A stretch of 64,000 bases of DNA, from positions 1,040-65,039 of IMG/VR virus record IMGVR_UViG_3300042402_003469; one strand, given 5' to 3'. Source of the DNA: a virus. Taxonomy: Duplodnaviria > Caudoviricetes. A model generated the notes under the pieces. It saw only the letters and a list, made by a program, of their open reading frames with translations. It was not told the origin of the DNA and ran no database searches. Shown in pieces: positions 39,699 to 49,726 of this stretch (position 1 is its first letter; every line of letters begins with the position of its first letter). The position numbers were made by a program, and so were the translations under genes.

Positions 39699-40021
39699 TG
39701 TCAGACTTATATTTTAACAGATATTATAACTTTCTAATTAATGGAAACCAAACTGTGGTACCGTTTGTGAAAATACCCGTAAAGTCTTCGGATAAGAAAT
39801 ATTTTTATAAAACGGGTATTAGCCGTTTAGATAAGATAAGTCAAGAATTTTATGGTACTCCTTTTTTTGGATGGGTTATACTTGCGGCGAATCCGCTATA
39901 CGGGGGATTAGAATGGAACATACCTGACAATGCTCTATTGACAATTCCATTTCCTTTAGTAGCTTCTGTACAAGATTATGAATCTGAACTAAACACTTAC
40001 TTCTTCTATTATGGTAGATAA
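39698..40021 (+). CDS. Baseplate wedge protein, gp53/tail X (LysM-like)
   Basis: RLDKISQEFYGTP.FGWVIL.ANP...IP...L.IP. Confidence 0.75.
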   Translation: MSDLYFNRYYNFLINGNQTVVPFVKIPVKSSDKKYFYKTGISRLDKISQEFYGTPFFGWVILAANPLYGGLEWNIPDNALLTIPFPLVASVQDYESELNTYFFYYGR

Positions 40022-43000
40022 CAATGAAAATGTATTAGTTGAATTCGATTATCAAAACATTGTTTTAGTTGACCCAAATAAAATAATAGATAGTGAAGGA
40101 AACGTTAAAGAAAGATTATTAAAGCACGAGAACTTAGTTTATTATGCGAACTTGGAATGTAATTTATTCCCAAGGACAAGACTTTCAGTTGGTAATAATG
40201 GGTATTATGAAAATAAAACCGTATCGATTGCTGCAATTAATTTTTTAAAGCCAGGTAATAAAACCTTTTTAGATAATGGTTATTTAGATGAAATAACAGG
40301 ATTCAATAGTGTCCAAGGTAAAGGGGCTAATCAAATCATTGAAACTAATAATCAAATTGTTAAGTCTGACAAATCTACAGAATCATATCAAACACAATCA
40401 ATATCAAATAACATTGATAATAATTTATTATTAATTAGTGACATTTCAATTAATACCCCTTTAAATTTAACACCGACAGTTACAATTAAAATGGAGGATA
40501 TTAGAGGTAGAGCGTTATTTGAACAAGGAGAAAATTCACCATATTCTGTATTTTTTAATTACCCATATCCATTATTTTATTTAACGGTTAAAGGTTATTT
40601 AGGTAAGGCGGTAAAATATCAGTTAGCATTAAAAACATTTAATGCGAGATTTGACACCGCTAGTGGTAATTTTAAAATTGAGTGTGTCTTTATGGCGTAT
40701 AAGTATAATGTTCTAACTAATGTGAGTATGGAACAAGTTAAAGCGATTCCTTATATGTATAGAACCAAATATACTTTAAGTCCTGTTGGAGACGCGTCAT
40801 CACAATCAGCCCAAAATCAAGTTGGTAATACTACTAAAGATGTTGCAATGAAATCAACATCTAGAGGATATGAGAAAATGAAAGAAGTGTACTCAGAGTA
40901 TAAAAGTAAGGGATTAATTCCTGAAGATTTTCCTGAGATGACTTTACAAGAATTAGTTGTAAAACTTGAAGTGCTTGAAAAGACTATAACGGATAGTTTA
41001 AGTAAAGCGGATATGGCTCCAATAACTGACGGTGAAAACTATCAAAATAATTTAACTGAATATGAAAAAGAAGTTTATTTTGCTAGAGGTAATTCTTGGT
41101 TTTATAAGTATATGAACACTACTGAGTTTTTTATTGACAAAGCTACAGGTTTAAAAATGTACACATTCAATAAAGAAACCATTGAAGGTAAGAAAAAATT
41201 AACTGCAATTACTGATTTATCAAAAGGTTTAATCCCTAAATGGAATAAAGTTTTAGCGGATAATAAAACTTTCGGTAATGGTGGGAAATATAAAGTTGGT
41301 GGTGAAGAATTTAATTCGGAGATTCAAAATAAGATTAATTTTTTAATGTTCACTATTAATTCTTCTCCTGACCAAATCAATTGGGACGAAACCTATAGAC
41401 AAAGAACGGGTAAAGAAGCTAATGAGGTTGGTGTTACAGAATTAAAAACAAAATCATATCAAAATGTTTTACGTTCAGCAACTGTTGATGGTGAAGATGT
41501 TACATTTAATTGGTATGTTTTTGAGGGACCTGGACGATTTGTTGACAGTATGCAAATTATGCACAATAAGGCGACATCTAAATTAGACGAAATCCAAGAG
41601 AAATTCTCTAAACTATTGTCTACAAGATTATCAGACCCTAAAAGTGGTTTAGGATTTAAACCTACATTGAAAAATGTTATCGCGGTTTTATTGGCGGGTA
41701 GTGAGGCGTTTTTACGAATAATGTGTGATGTTCACCAAAACGCTTGGAACCAAAGAAAAAACAAATATAGAGTTGGTGCGGTTTTAAGTAATGATAAATC
41801 CGCAACTTCAGTTGATGCTAAACAATCTGTGGCAACTACTGATGGTAATTTAATTCCTGTGTATCCTTGGCCTCAATATTTTATTGAAACTAATAATGAT
41901 AAAGGTGAGAAGTTTGAAATTGCTTACCCTGGTGACCCTAAAGTTATTTCTAAAACTAAAGGGTATCTATATGATGTGTGGCCTGAAGTTGAATTTGTAG
42001 AAGAATTTATTAAGGGTAAAACAGTCACCATAGTTCCTAGTGCGGATACTCAATCAAGTACTTCGGCGTCCAACCTTGTTAATAGAGTATCATTAAATGC
42101 TATAGATTTCCCAACAACAAATACATTCTTTTCGAACAAACAAGAGTCTAAATTTATGTATGAAATTTGGGAAAGAATCTTTTTACCTGCGAATTATCAA
42201 AGGTTTATGAGACCTAATGCTGAAAATGAAATTCTTGATGTTATTGCCGAATCGGAGTTCATCAATATCAGTAAATCGTTATTACAAGATGCTCCATTCT
42301 TAATTGAGAAACTAAAAAGATATGGTTTTAATTCAAGTAATTACGTACCATTCTTGGCGAGTATATCGAATGACGGTCTTGGAGAAAGTTGGCAAAAATT
42401 TATTAGAGATGAATTTGTAACGACATATATTCAACAGGAGGTTGAAAGCCAATTTGTTATTTTAGATAATACGGTTATTAGTTCAGGATATCAAAATGTT
42501 GACCCACAACCCACTAACATTGATAAGTTTAAAAGTTATTTAAAAAGTAATGTGACTAATAGTACTAATTTTTTAGACACATTACCTTATAATATGGAAG
42601 GGTGGTACTCTCAAAATTTGGCAAATGGTAAAACTTCGGGTTCTATTAGAGACATATATAATACTAGTAAGGTTTATGTGTTGAATGAAGATAAAAAAAT
42701 GGTTGCAAATTTTGATAGTAATACGACCACTAGTGATAATAGACCTGTTAGTAGTTTTAATTATTTAAAACCTAACATTCCTACACAGGACGGATTGGGA
42801 TTACAAAGCTTTTATTCCCAAAGAGCTGGTGACGACTTCGCGAACACACAACAAGTAACTGAAGGGCAAGTTAATTATATTAATTATAGTGGTAATGTTT
42901 CTGCACAACAAACAACTTCAATGATGAACACACCTATGTTTGTAAACTCGGTTTTACAAGGAGTTGATAATTGGTTGTCGGGTAATACATATCCATACGT

Positions 43001-46000
43001 TAACGCGTCTTATTTGTTGTTAAACAGTTTACCTATAGCGACTCTTAGAGAAAAATATAAATCATATTCGAATGGGGTTGCAACCGATTTAGATTATATT
43101 TTTGCGGTATTTAAAAAATTTGGTGCAATTCATAAAGTCCCATATGCTTGGGTTTTAAAATATGGTTCTATTTGGCATAGATATAAGAATTGGGTTGAAA
43201 ACGGTGTAGATATTTTAGACACGGTTTGGACAGATTTTGACGCAGCAAGTAATTATGACCCAACTGTAAGTGACCCTGAAAGAACCTATACTTTAACAAT
43301 CCCTGGTGATACGACAACTACTGACATTGTTTTACAAAGTGTAACTCCTGTTGTGGGTGGAACCGTAACCCAATTAAATTTAGGATTCTATCCTAAAGTT
43401 ATTGATAAATTTAATTTGTTCTACAGAGGATATAATTTATTTAATGGTTATACTAATGCCGACATTCAAACTCAGTTAGATAATTCCACTAGTGGATTTA
43501 CATTAACACCTGTCTCAGATGCGATAATCAACAAGTATTCAGGTTATAATAGTTCCGATTTAACGGATATACTATCAATTAAACCTTGGAATTGTACTTT
43601 ATTAGATAAGAGGAATAAATTAGAATATATCGTACCTTCTTTTGGTAGTACTATTAATCAAATAAATTCAGAGTGTTTTGATAACTCAGATAAATTACTA
43701 TTAAGTATTACTTCAAACCCCGCAATTTTTAACGGGTCGGTTAGAAGTTTTTGGGCTTTACCGAATTATGGGTATTTTGATTTGTTTGAAGTTGATAAAC
43801 CCCAACCTACACAACACCTTAAAACAATTCTAAGTGGGTCTCCAGACCAATTAGCGTTTACGTTAGGTAAATATAGTGCCTATACTTCCAATGAAGAAAT
43901 GTTCTCAGTCTTTAATAGAGAAATTTTGGATATGTTGGAAAATGAGTTCTTGAAGTTCTCAAAATCTATGTATGAATATGAGACTAAACAAGTAGGTGAT
44001 TTAGTAACAACTAGAGTTCAAATTGATAAATTATATTTGGACCCTAACGGTATTAATAAAAACTTCCAACTCTTATTAAAAGATATGATGTCAGTAAATA
44101 TAGTTACTCCATCATCAACCAGTTCTTCAAATCAAACTAATACGTTAAAAAAAGAACAATTTATTAAAGTTAATAATACTATTAAAAATTTCTTGGAATT
44201 TGATGTTGTTTTAAAATACGGTAATCCTGGTGATTATAATAGAAGATTATTTGATAGTTTTGCAACTAACGTATTCATTGAAGATAAGATATCGTTTAAT
44301 TATTATGTTGAAGGTTCGTTACCTAAATCAGGGGTTACGGGAACAACACTTTCAGTTTACAAATCCGCAAATCCTGAAAGTTGGAAAGCGTTAGAAACGT
44401 ATGTCGGGTTCTCAACTGAGGAAGGGGTTAAATATACTAGTACGGGTAGTGTTGTTACTGATTTCTTTATTGATATGAATGTTGAGTTCATTCCTGAGTC
44501 AGTCCAAACATTAGCACCTTTAATTAAGATTTATGCGACTCAAAAGAAATTAGACCCAACAATGAATCGTGGTAAATTTATTGCGTTGTTAAATCAATAT
44601 TTAAACGACAATAAAAAATTTAGTGATACTTTATTAAATTCGGTATTTCAGAAAGTTAGGTTTGGACTACCAAACGTTGACATTATACCTGAAAAACCTA
44701 TGGATACTGCTTTACAAGGTGAACAAACTAAAGTTGAGTTGTGGGAGAATTTTAAAGCGTTAAATGATACTTGGGTTGCTGGGTATGATTATACTCAGAC
44801 AACTTTCTTAGAAGATGTACTTCTATTAGATAGAGGTAATAGAAACATTGCAGATGAGGTTTTAATTGACCCATTTAAGGTTAGAAACTTATTAAAAACA
44901 ATTAATCCTAGTGCTTCTGTGTATTTCTATCTTGAGTCGTTATTAGATATTCATCATTTTGTTTGTATGATGCACCCTGCATATGTTAACTATTACAATG
45001 TACAGGAAGTTGAAAAAAACAGTGTACCTAAAATTGAGGGTAGTTTGGAATTTGGTAATACTTTATTTGGTACTTACTTAAATGTAGATACTCGAGCTTC
45101 ATCTCCAAAATTAGTTTGTATATATGCCGCAGAACCAAGTAAACATTTGGAAAACGATAAAAATGAAAATAATAGATTTAAGTCAGATTCATTTGATTTA
45201 AGAAGAAGTAGTGATAACCCATTGACTGATAAGTTAGAAGGTAAGACCGATTGGGGGTTATCAAATAGAGTTGTTGGGTTTAATGTTGATATCGGAATTA
45301 GAAATCAAAACATATTTTACTATTTTGACGTATCTCAGGATAGTGGTAAACAAACGTCGGAATCTTTACTTCAGATGGATAATCTAATTAATCAGTCGAA
45401 CGGTAAACAAACTGCGACTCAAAACGTTTCATTATGGAATTTTTATAAGAGTAGGTCATATCAGTGTAGAGTTAATATGTTGGGTAATGTTATGATACAA
45501 CCAACAATGTATTTTAACGTAAGACACGTACCAATGTTTAATGGTCCTTATTATATTATGGATGTTAATCACAGTATATCACCAGGAAGGTTTGAAACCA
45601 CATTTACAGGTATTAGACAACAGGTGTTTGCATTACCAAAAATGGAAAACTACATCCAAACTCTAACTAAAAAGTTATTCCTTGACTTATATCAACAGGT
45701 TAAACAAAAAGTTAATACGGACGCTAAAAGTAATTCTACGGCTAATTCAAATCCGAATAGTGTTACAACAACAAGTTCAACCGCGGCACCAAGTACCAAT
45801 AATGCTACGGTAACAAATACAGGTAAGGTTGATGATTCTCAAAATTGTTCAACTAAGTTAGACCCTAAATACAACAAATACGTAGGGTCTAATCCTGAAC
45901 AGTCTTCATTAAGTCCTAAACAAGTAATCGATGGTATTAATTATAATATTTCAAGTGGGGATAATTTGGATATTACTAAGATGATGTCATTTGTAACAAT

Positions 46001-46736
46001 TTATTTAGAGTCGTTTAAAGACAATCAATTTTACACATTCAACAATAACTTTGCGGGTGTTAAATTAAATTATGATTGGCCAGGTGAATTACCTAAATTC
46101 TTTACACCAAACAAATATCTGTGTGTTTTATCTAAAGATGGTTATTCATATCCATATGCGGAGTTTAGCGACATTAATAATGTGTATAAATTACTTGGTG
46201 CTAAATGGGGTCCTGTTTCATCATTGTCAACAATGGATGCTGAATCATTAACTGAAAGTTGGGTTAGAAGATGGAATAAGGGTACTATGGGTATTCCTGA
46301 CTTTGAAAAATTTAAAACCGATAAGAAAACTGAGTATGATAATTTAATTTATAAAGTAACCGAGGCAATGAAATTGGCGACTACTTTAGGACTATTAACT
46401 CCACCACCACCTCCTGTAACAATTAATTATTTAGGTGAGTTTGACACCTTACAAGGTAATGATGGTAGTTACTATAATTTAGAACAGAATAATGGTAAAT
46501 TTAAAGTTTTACGAATTGTTGACTCTAATTATAATTACAATAATGTTGGTAGTACGTTGTTTAAAGATTCTAATGGAGATATTATGACCTATGGTTGTGT
46601 ATCAGGTTCGGGTTCAAAGACGTGTACAGTAAATGGTAAAAACCCTGGAACATATACAATGAATGTTGAATATTACCCTAACGGGCAATTAAATTCGACT
46701 AAGATAGATTTGGTTAGTCAACCGTTTACACAATAA
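40011..46736 (+). CDS. Giant baseplate hub protein (gp27/gpD-like) with a GH73-like muramidase segment near the C-terminus
   Basis: N-terminal VTIKMEDIRGRALF..PYPLFYLTVKGY.G; hub end SYQCRVNMLGNVMIQPTMYF...GPYYIMDVNHSI..G.FETTFTG.R; then IYLES...NNNFAGVK. Confidence 0.65.
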   Translation: MVDNNENVLVEFDYQNIVLVDPNKIIDSEGNVKERLLKHENLVYYANLECNLFPRTRLSVGNNGYYENKTVSIAAINFLKPGNKTFLDNGYLDEITGFNSVQGKGANQIIETNNQIVKSDKSTESYQTQSISNNIDNNLLLISDISINTPLNLTPTVTIKMEDIRGRALFEQGENSPYSVFFNYPYPLFYLTVKGYLGKAVKYQLALKTFNARFDTASGNFKIECVFMAYKYNVLTNVSMEQVKAIPYMYRTKYTLSPVGDASSQSAQNQVGNTTKDVAMKSTSRGYEKMKEVYSEYKSKGLIPEDFPEMTLQELVVKLEVLEKTITDSLSKADMAPITDGENYQNNLTEYEKEVYFARGNSWFYKYMNTTEFFIDKATGLKMYTFNKETIEGKKKLTAITDLSKGLIPKWNKVLADNKTFGNGGKYKVGGEEFNSEIQNKINFLMFTINSSPDQINWDETYRQRTGKEANEVGVTELKTKSYQNVLRSATVDGEDVTFNWYVFEGPGRFVDSMQIMHNKATSKLDEIQEKFSKLLSTRLSDPKSGLGFKPTLKNVIAVLLAGSEAFLRIMCDVHQNAWNQRKNKYRVGAVLSNDKSATSVDAKQSVATTDGNLIPVYPWPQYFIETNNDKGEKFEIAYPGDPKVISKTKGYLYDVWPEVEFVEEFIKGKTVTIVPSADTQSSTSASNLVNRVSLNAIDFPTTNTFFSNKQESKFMYEIWERIFLPANYQRFMRPNAENEILDVIAESEFINISKSLLQDAPFLIEKLKRYGFNSSNYVPFLASISNDGLGESWQKFIRDEFVTTYIQQEVESQFVILDNTVISSGYQNVDPQPTNIDKFKSYLKSNVTNSTNFLDTLPYNMEGWYSQNLANGKTSGSIRDIYNTSKVYVLNEDKKMVANFDSNTTTSDNRPVSSFNYLKPNIPTQDGLGLQSFYSQRAGDDFANTQQVTEGQVNYINYSGNVSAQQTTSMMNTPMFVNSVLQGVDNWLSGNTYPYVNASYLLLNSLPIATLREKYKSYSNGVATDLDYIFAVFKKFGAIHKVPYAWVLKYGSIWHRYKNWVENGVDILDTVWTDFDAASNYDPTVSDPERTYTLTIPGDTTTTDIVLQSVTPVVGGTVTQLNLGFYPKVIDKFNLFYRGYNLFNGYTNADIQTQLDNSTSGFTLTPVSDAIINKYSGYNSSDLTDILSIKPWNCTLLDKRNKLEYIVPSFGSTINQINSECFDNSDKLLLSITSNPAIFNGSVRSFWALPNYGYFDLFEVDKPQPTQHLKTILSGSPDQLAFTLGKYSAYTSNEEMFSVFNREILDMLENEFLKFSKSMYEYETKQVGDLVTTRVQIDKLYLDPNGINKNFQLLLKDMMSVNIVTPSSTSSSNQTNTLKKEQFIKVNNTIKNFLEFDVVLKYGNPGDYNRRLFDSFATNVFIEDKISFNYYVEGSLPKSGVTGTTLSVYKSANPESWKALETYVGFSTEEGVKYTSTGSVVTDFFIDMNVEFIPESVQTLAPLIKIYATQKKLDPTMNRGKFIALLNQYLNDNKKFSDTLLNSVFQKVRFGLPNVDIIPEKPMDTALQGEQTKVELWENFKALNDTWVAGYDYTQTTFLEDVLLLDRGNRNIADEVLIDPFKVRNLLKTINPSASVYFYLESLLDIHHFVCMMHPAYVNYYNVQEVEKNSVPKIEGSLEFGNTLFGTYLNVDTRASSPKLVCIYAAEPSKHLENDKNENNRFKSDSFDLRRSSDNPLTDKLEGKTDWGLSNRVVGFNVDIGIRNQNIFYYFDVSQDSGKQTSESLLQMDNLINQSNGKQTATQNVSLWNFYKSRSYQCRVNMLGNVMIQPTMYFNVRHVPMFNGPYYIMDVNHSISPGRFETTFTGIRQQVFALPKMENYIQTLTKKLFLDLYQQVKQKVNTDAKSNSTANSNPNSVTTTSSTAAPSTNNATVTNTGKVDDSQNCSTKLDPKYNKYVGSNPEQSSLSPKQVIDGINYNISSGDNLDITKMMSFVTIYLESFKDNQFYTFNNNFAGVKLNYDWPGELPKFFTPNKYLCVLSKDGYSYPYAEFSDINNVYKLLGAKWGPVSSLSTMDAESLTESWVRRWNKGTMGIPDFEKFKTDKKTEYDNLIYKVTEAMKLATTLGLLTPPPPPVTINYLGEFDTLQGNDGSYYNLEQNNGKFKVLRIVDSNYNYNNVGSTLFKDSNGDIMTYGCVSGSGSKTCTVNGKNPGTYTMNVEYYPNGQLNSTKIDLVSQPFTQ

Positions 46737-46776
46737 CATTTACAATAACTGCAATATTTATAATAAAAATAAGATT

Positions 46777-47001
46777 ATGGACGCAAATTTAATATTAGAT
46801 AATTACTTAGGTAAAAAAACCAGAACTACAGAAAAAGATATGGGTGATGGTACTAAACAAGTATGTGATTTAGACACTAACGAATGTTATACTGTTAGAA
46901 TGAAAGATGGTTTAATTGAAAGAGTTGACCATATGATGTCTAAAAATAAAAAAGTTCAAGTTGAAACACTAACTGGTGTTAAACAATTATTAAACGGATA
47001 A
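46777..47001 (+). CDS. Hypothetical protein
   Basis: 74-aa ORF, TATTTAT at 46755-61. Confidence 0.6.
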   Translation: MDANLILDNYLGKKTRTTEKDMGDGTKQVCDLDTNECYTVRMKDGLIERVDHMMSKNKKVQVETLTGVKQLLNG

Positions 47002-47005
47002 GAAT

Positions 47006-47701
47006 ATGGCAATCGATAAGAAAATTATAGAAGAAATTAAAAGATATAATTCAATTAACAAATATATCTTAGAACAAGAATTACCTGAGCCACCTGTTGG
47101 AGATGCTCCACCATTACCAGGAGGAGATGAACCTGTTGGAGACGCGCCTGTTGGAGATGCTCCGCCATTACCAGGAGGAGACGCACCTGTTGGAGGTGAA
47201 ACTCCTGCGGAAGGAGAACCTCAACCTATTGACACTGAAACAGACCCTGATGTTGAAAAAATTGACGACGAGGGAAATCCTGAAGGTGAAGAGGGTATGG
47301 AAGATACTGATAGTGAAGAATTAGATATCACAGATTTGGTGACAACTCAAAAAGATATGGGTCAAAAACAAGATGAGTATTTTGAAAAGTTATTTGGACA
47401 CTTAGACAACTTAGAATCTAAGTTAGGTGAAATGGACCAATTAATGAGCAAGATTAACTCTATGGAAGAGAAAATTGAAAAATATAGAGAAAAGACACCA
47501 CAAGAAAAATTAGAACTTAGAAGTTTAGATTCGGGGCCTTTTAATCAAAAATTGACAGATTTCTTTATCGATAAAGAACCTGATATGGAAAAATCAGGTA
47601 AGAATGAATATATTTTAACAAGTGATGACGTTGAGAACTTCTCATCCGCGGATATTAAAAATTCATTCACTATGGAACCTAAAAAGAATTTCGGATTTTA
47701 A
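47006..47701 (+). CDS. Acidic, Pro-rich coiled-coil protein (possible head core/scaffold-like)
   Basis: IIEEIKRY...ILEQ leader, duplicated PVGDAPPLPGGD, coiled coil LDNLESKLGEMDQLMSKINSMEEKIEK. Confidence 0.55.
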   Translation: MAIDKKIIEEIKRYNSINKYILEQELPEPPVGDAPPLPGGDEPVGDAPVGDAPPLPGGDAPVGGETPAEGEPQPIDTETDPDVEKIDDEGNPEGEEGMEDTDSEELDITDLVTTQKDMGQKQDEYFEKLFGHLDNLESKLGEMDQLMSKINSMEEKIEKYREKTPQEKLELRSLDSGPFNQKLTDFFIDKEPDMEKSGKNEYILTSDDVENFSSADIKNSFTMEPKKNFGF

Positions 47702-47702
47702 T

Positions 47703-47731
47703 TTGACAAAGTAGGTAATTGGGTTTATTAT
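47703..47731 (+). promoter_or_regulatory. Near-consensus sigma70 promoter for the replication operon
   Basis: TTGACA (47703-08), 17-nt spacer, TATTAT (47726-31). Confidence 0.7.
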
Positions 47732-47769
47732 TAGGTTACAAATAACTTAAAATTTTAAAAACAATTATT

Positions 47770-48621
47770 ATGATGTCAACACTAGATTCTGTCTTAGCTC
47801 AGTACGAGAAATCACAACAGTCAGGAGGTAACTCCAACAAAATGTCTATGGACGAACGTATGAAGAAATACTTCGCAGCGATTCTACCACAAGGACAAAA
47901 CTCTGCTCAAAAACGTATTCGTATCCTCCCAACAAAAGATGGTAGTTCGCCATTTGTTGAGGCTTGGTTTCACGAAGTGCAGGTAGGTGGTCAATGGAAC
48001 AAACTATATGACCCTTCTAAAAACGATAATGAACGTTCACCTTTGAACGAAGTTTATGAAGAACTTACCGCAACAGGTAAAGAGTCTGACAAAGAACTTG
48101 CGAAAAATTACAAATCAAGAAAATTCTACATTGTCAAAGTAATCGACAGAGATAAACCTGAAGATGGTGTTAAATTCTGGCGTTTCAAACACAACTACAA
48201 AAATGAAGGTGTGTTAGACAAAATTATTCCAATTTGGAGAAATAAAGGGGATATCACTAACGCTGAAAACGGTCGTGATTTGATTATTGAATTAGCTAAA
48301 GCTAAAACTCCAAAAGGTAAGGATTATACTATCATCCAAACAATTATGTACGATGATGCTCAACCATTACACGAAGACAAGACTCAATTAGATGCTTGGG
48401 TTAATGATGAATTAACTTGGAGAGATGTTTACTCTAAAAAACCAACTGACTACTTAGAGGCGATTGCACGAGGAGAAACTCCACGTTGGGATTCTGAAAA
48501 AGGTGGTTATGTTTATGGTGATAGTTCATCTGAAGAAATGAGTATGGGTGGAGGAACAAGTGCGTCTTCATACAAAGACCCACAAGAGAATGCACAACCT
48601 GATGAGGATATGCCATTCTAA
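47770..48621 (+). CDS. Single-stranded DNA-binding protein (T4 gp32-like)
   Basis: IRILP..DG..PF....H, VIDRD....GVKFWRF, GRDL.I, acidic tail DEDMPF. Confidence 0.8.
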   Translation: MMSTLDSVLAQYEKSQQSGGNSNKMSMDERMKKYFAAILPQGQNSAQKRIRILPTKDGSSPFVEAWFHEVQVGGQWNKLYDPSKNDNERSPLNEVYEELTATGKESDKELAKNYKSRKFYIVKVIDRDKPEDGVKFWRFKHNYKNEGVLDKIIPIWRNKGDITNAENGRDLIIELAKAKTPKGKDYTIIQTIMYDDAQPLHEDKTQLDAWVNDELTWRDVYSKKPTDYLEAIARGETPRWDSEKGGYVYGDSSSEEMSMGGGTSASSYKDPQENAQPDEDMPF

Positions 48622-48628
48622 TATTACT

Positions 48629-48671
48629 ATAGAACTTGGATACTTACTTAGACGTAGTGTCCAAGTTCTAT
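48629..48671 (+). terminator. Long 16-bp hairpin between ssb and uvsX
   Basis: ATAGAACTTGGATACT...AGTGTCCAAGTTCTAT (one G-U pair) followed by TTATTTTT. Confidence 0.7.
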
Positions 48672-48706
48672 TTATTTTTAAATAAAAACAAAACATAAAA
48701 TAGACA

Positions 48707-49708
48707 ATGGCGATTAAAAAAAATGATTTCAGTTCGGTAAAGAAAAAGTTCTCTACCTCTGCAAAGTACAAACCACAACGATTTTTCGATTTGGGTCCTG
48801 ACTTTTTAGATGCGGTTGGTTTACCAGGTCCTGCAATTGGACACTTGAATATGTTTTTAGGTCACTCAGATACAGGTAAAACAACTGCGTTAGTTAAGAC
48901 TGCGGTTGATGCTCAGAAAAAAGGTATTTTACCTGTGTTTATTATTACGGAACAAAAATGGTCTTTTGAACACGCAAAACTTATGGGGTTTGAGTGTGAA
49001 GAAGTAGTTGATGAAGAGACGGGTGAATTGGATTGGGATGGATTTTACATCTTCAACAATAACTTTGACTACATTGAACAAATCACTGATTACATTAACG
49101 AATTATTGGATGCTCAAGAAAAAGGAGAATTAGATTACAGTTTATGTTTTATGTGGGATTCAGTTGGTTCAGTTCCTTGTAAAATGACTTACGAAGGTAA
49201 AGGTGGTAAACAACATAACGCATCTACATTGGCTGACAAAATTGGTATGGGTATCAATCAACGTATTTCAGGTTCACGTAAAGCGGATTCTAAATACGAG
49301 AATACCTTAATTATAGTTAACCAACCTTGGGTTGAGTTACCTGACAATCCGTTTGGTCAACCTAAGATTAAAGCTAAAGGTGGTGAGGCGATTTGGTTGA
49401 ACTCATCTTTGGTATTCTTATTTGGTAATCAAAAAGGTGCGGGTACAACTAAAATTACTGCAACCAAAGATAAGAGAACTATTAAATTCGCGTCAAGAAC
49501 AAAGGTATCTGTGATGAAAAACCACATCAATGGTTTAGGTTATGAAGATGGTAAAATCATTGTAACACCACACGGATTCATTGCGGGTAAGGAAGCGTCA
49601 GAAGAAAAAGCGTCAATCGAAAAATACAAAAAAGAATACGCTGATTATTGGAAAGAAATCATCGGAACTGATGGTGATTTTGATTTGAGAGAAGAAAAAG
49701 AGTCGTAA
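48707..49708 (+). CDS. uvsX: RecA/UvsX-like recombinase
   Basis: Walker A GHSDTGKT, Walker B WDSVG, IIVNQ, KGGEA. Confidence 0.85.
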   Translation: MAIKKNDFSSVKKKFSTSAKYKPQRFFDLGPDFLDAVGLPGPAIGHLNMFLGHSDTGKTTALVKTAVDAQKKGILPVFIITEQKWSFEHAKLMGFECEEVVDEETGELDWDGFYIFNNNFDYIEQITDYINELLDAQEKGELDYSLCFMWDSVGSVPCKMTYEGKGGKQHNASTLADKIGMGINQRISGSRKADSKYENTLIIVNQPWVELPDNPFGQPKIKAKGGEAIWLNSSLVFLFGNQKGAGTTKITATKDKRTIKFASRTKVSVMKNHINGLGYEDGKIIVTPHGFIAGKEASEEKASIEKYKKEYADYWKEIIGTDGDFDLREEKES

Positions 49709-49726
49709 CATTATAAATAAAACTAA

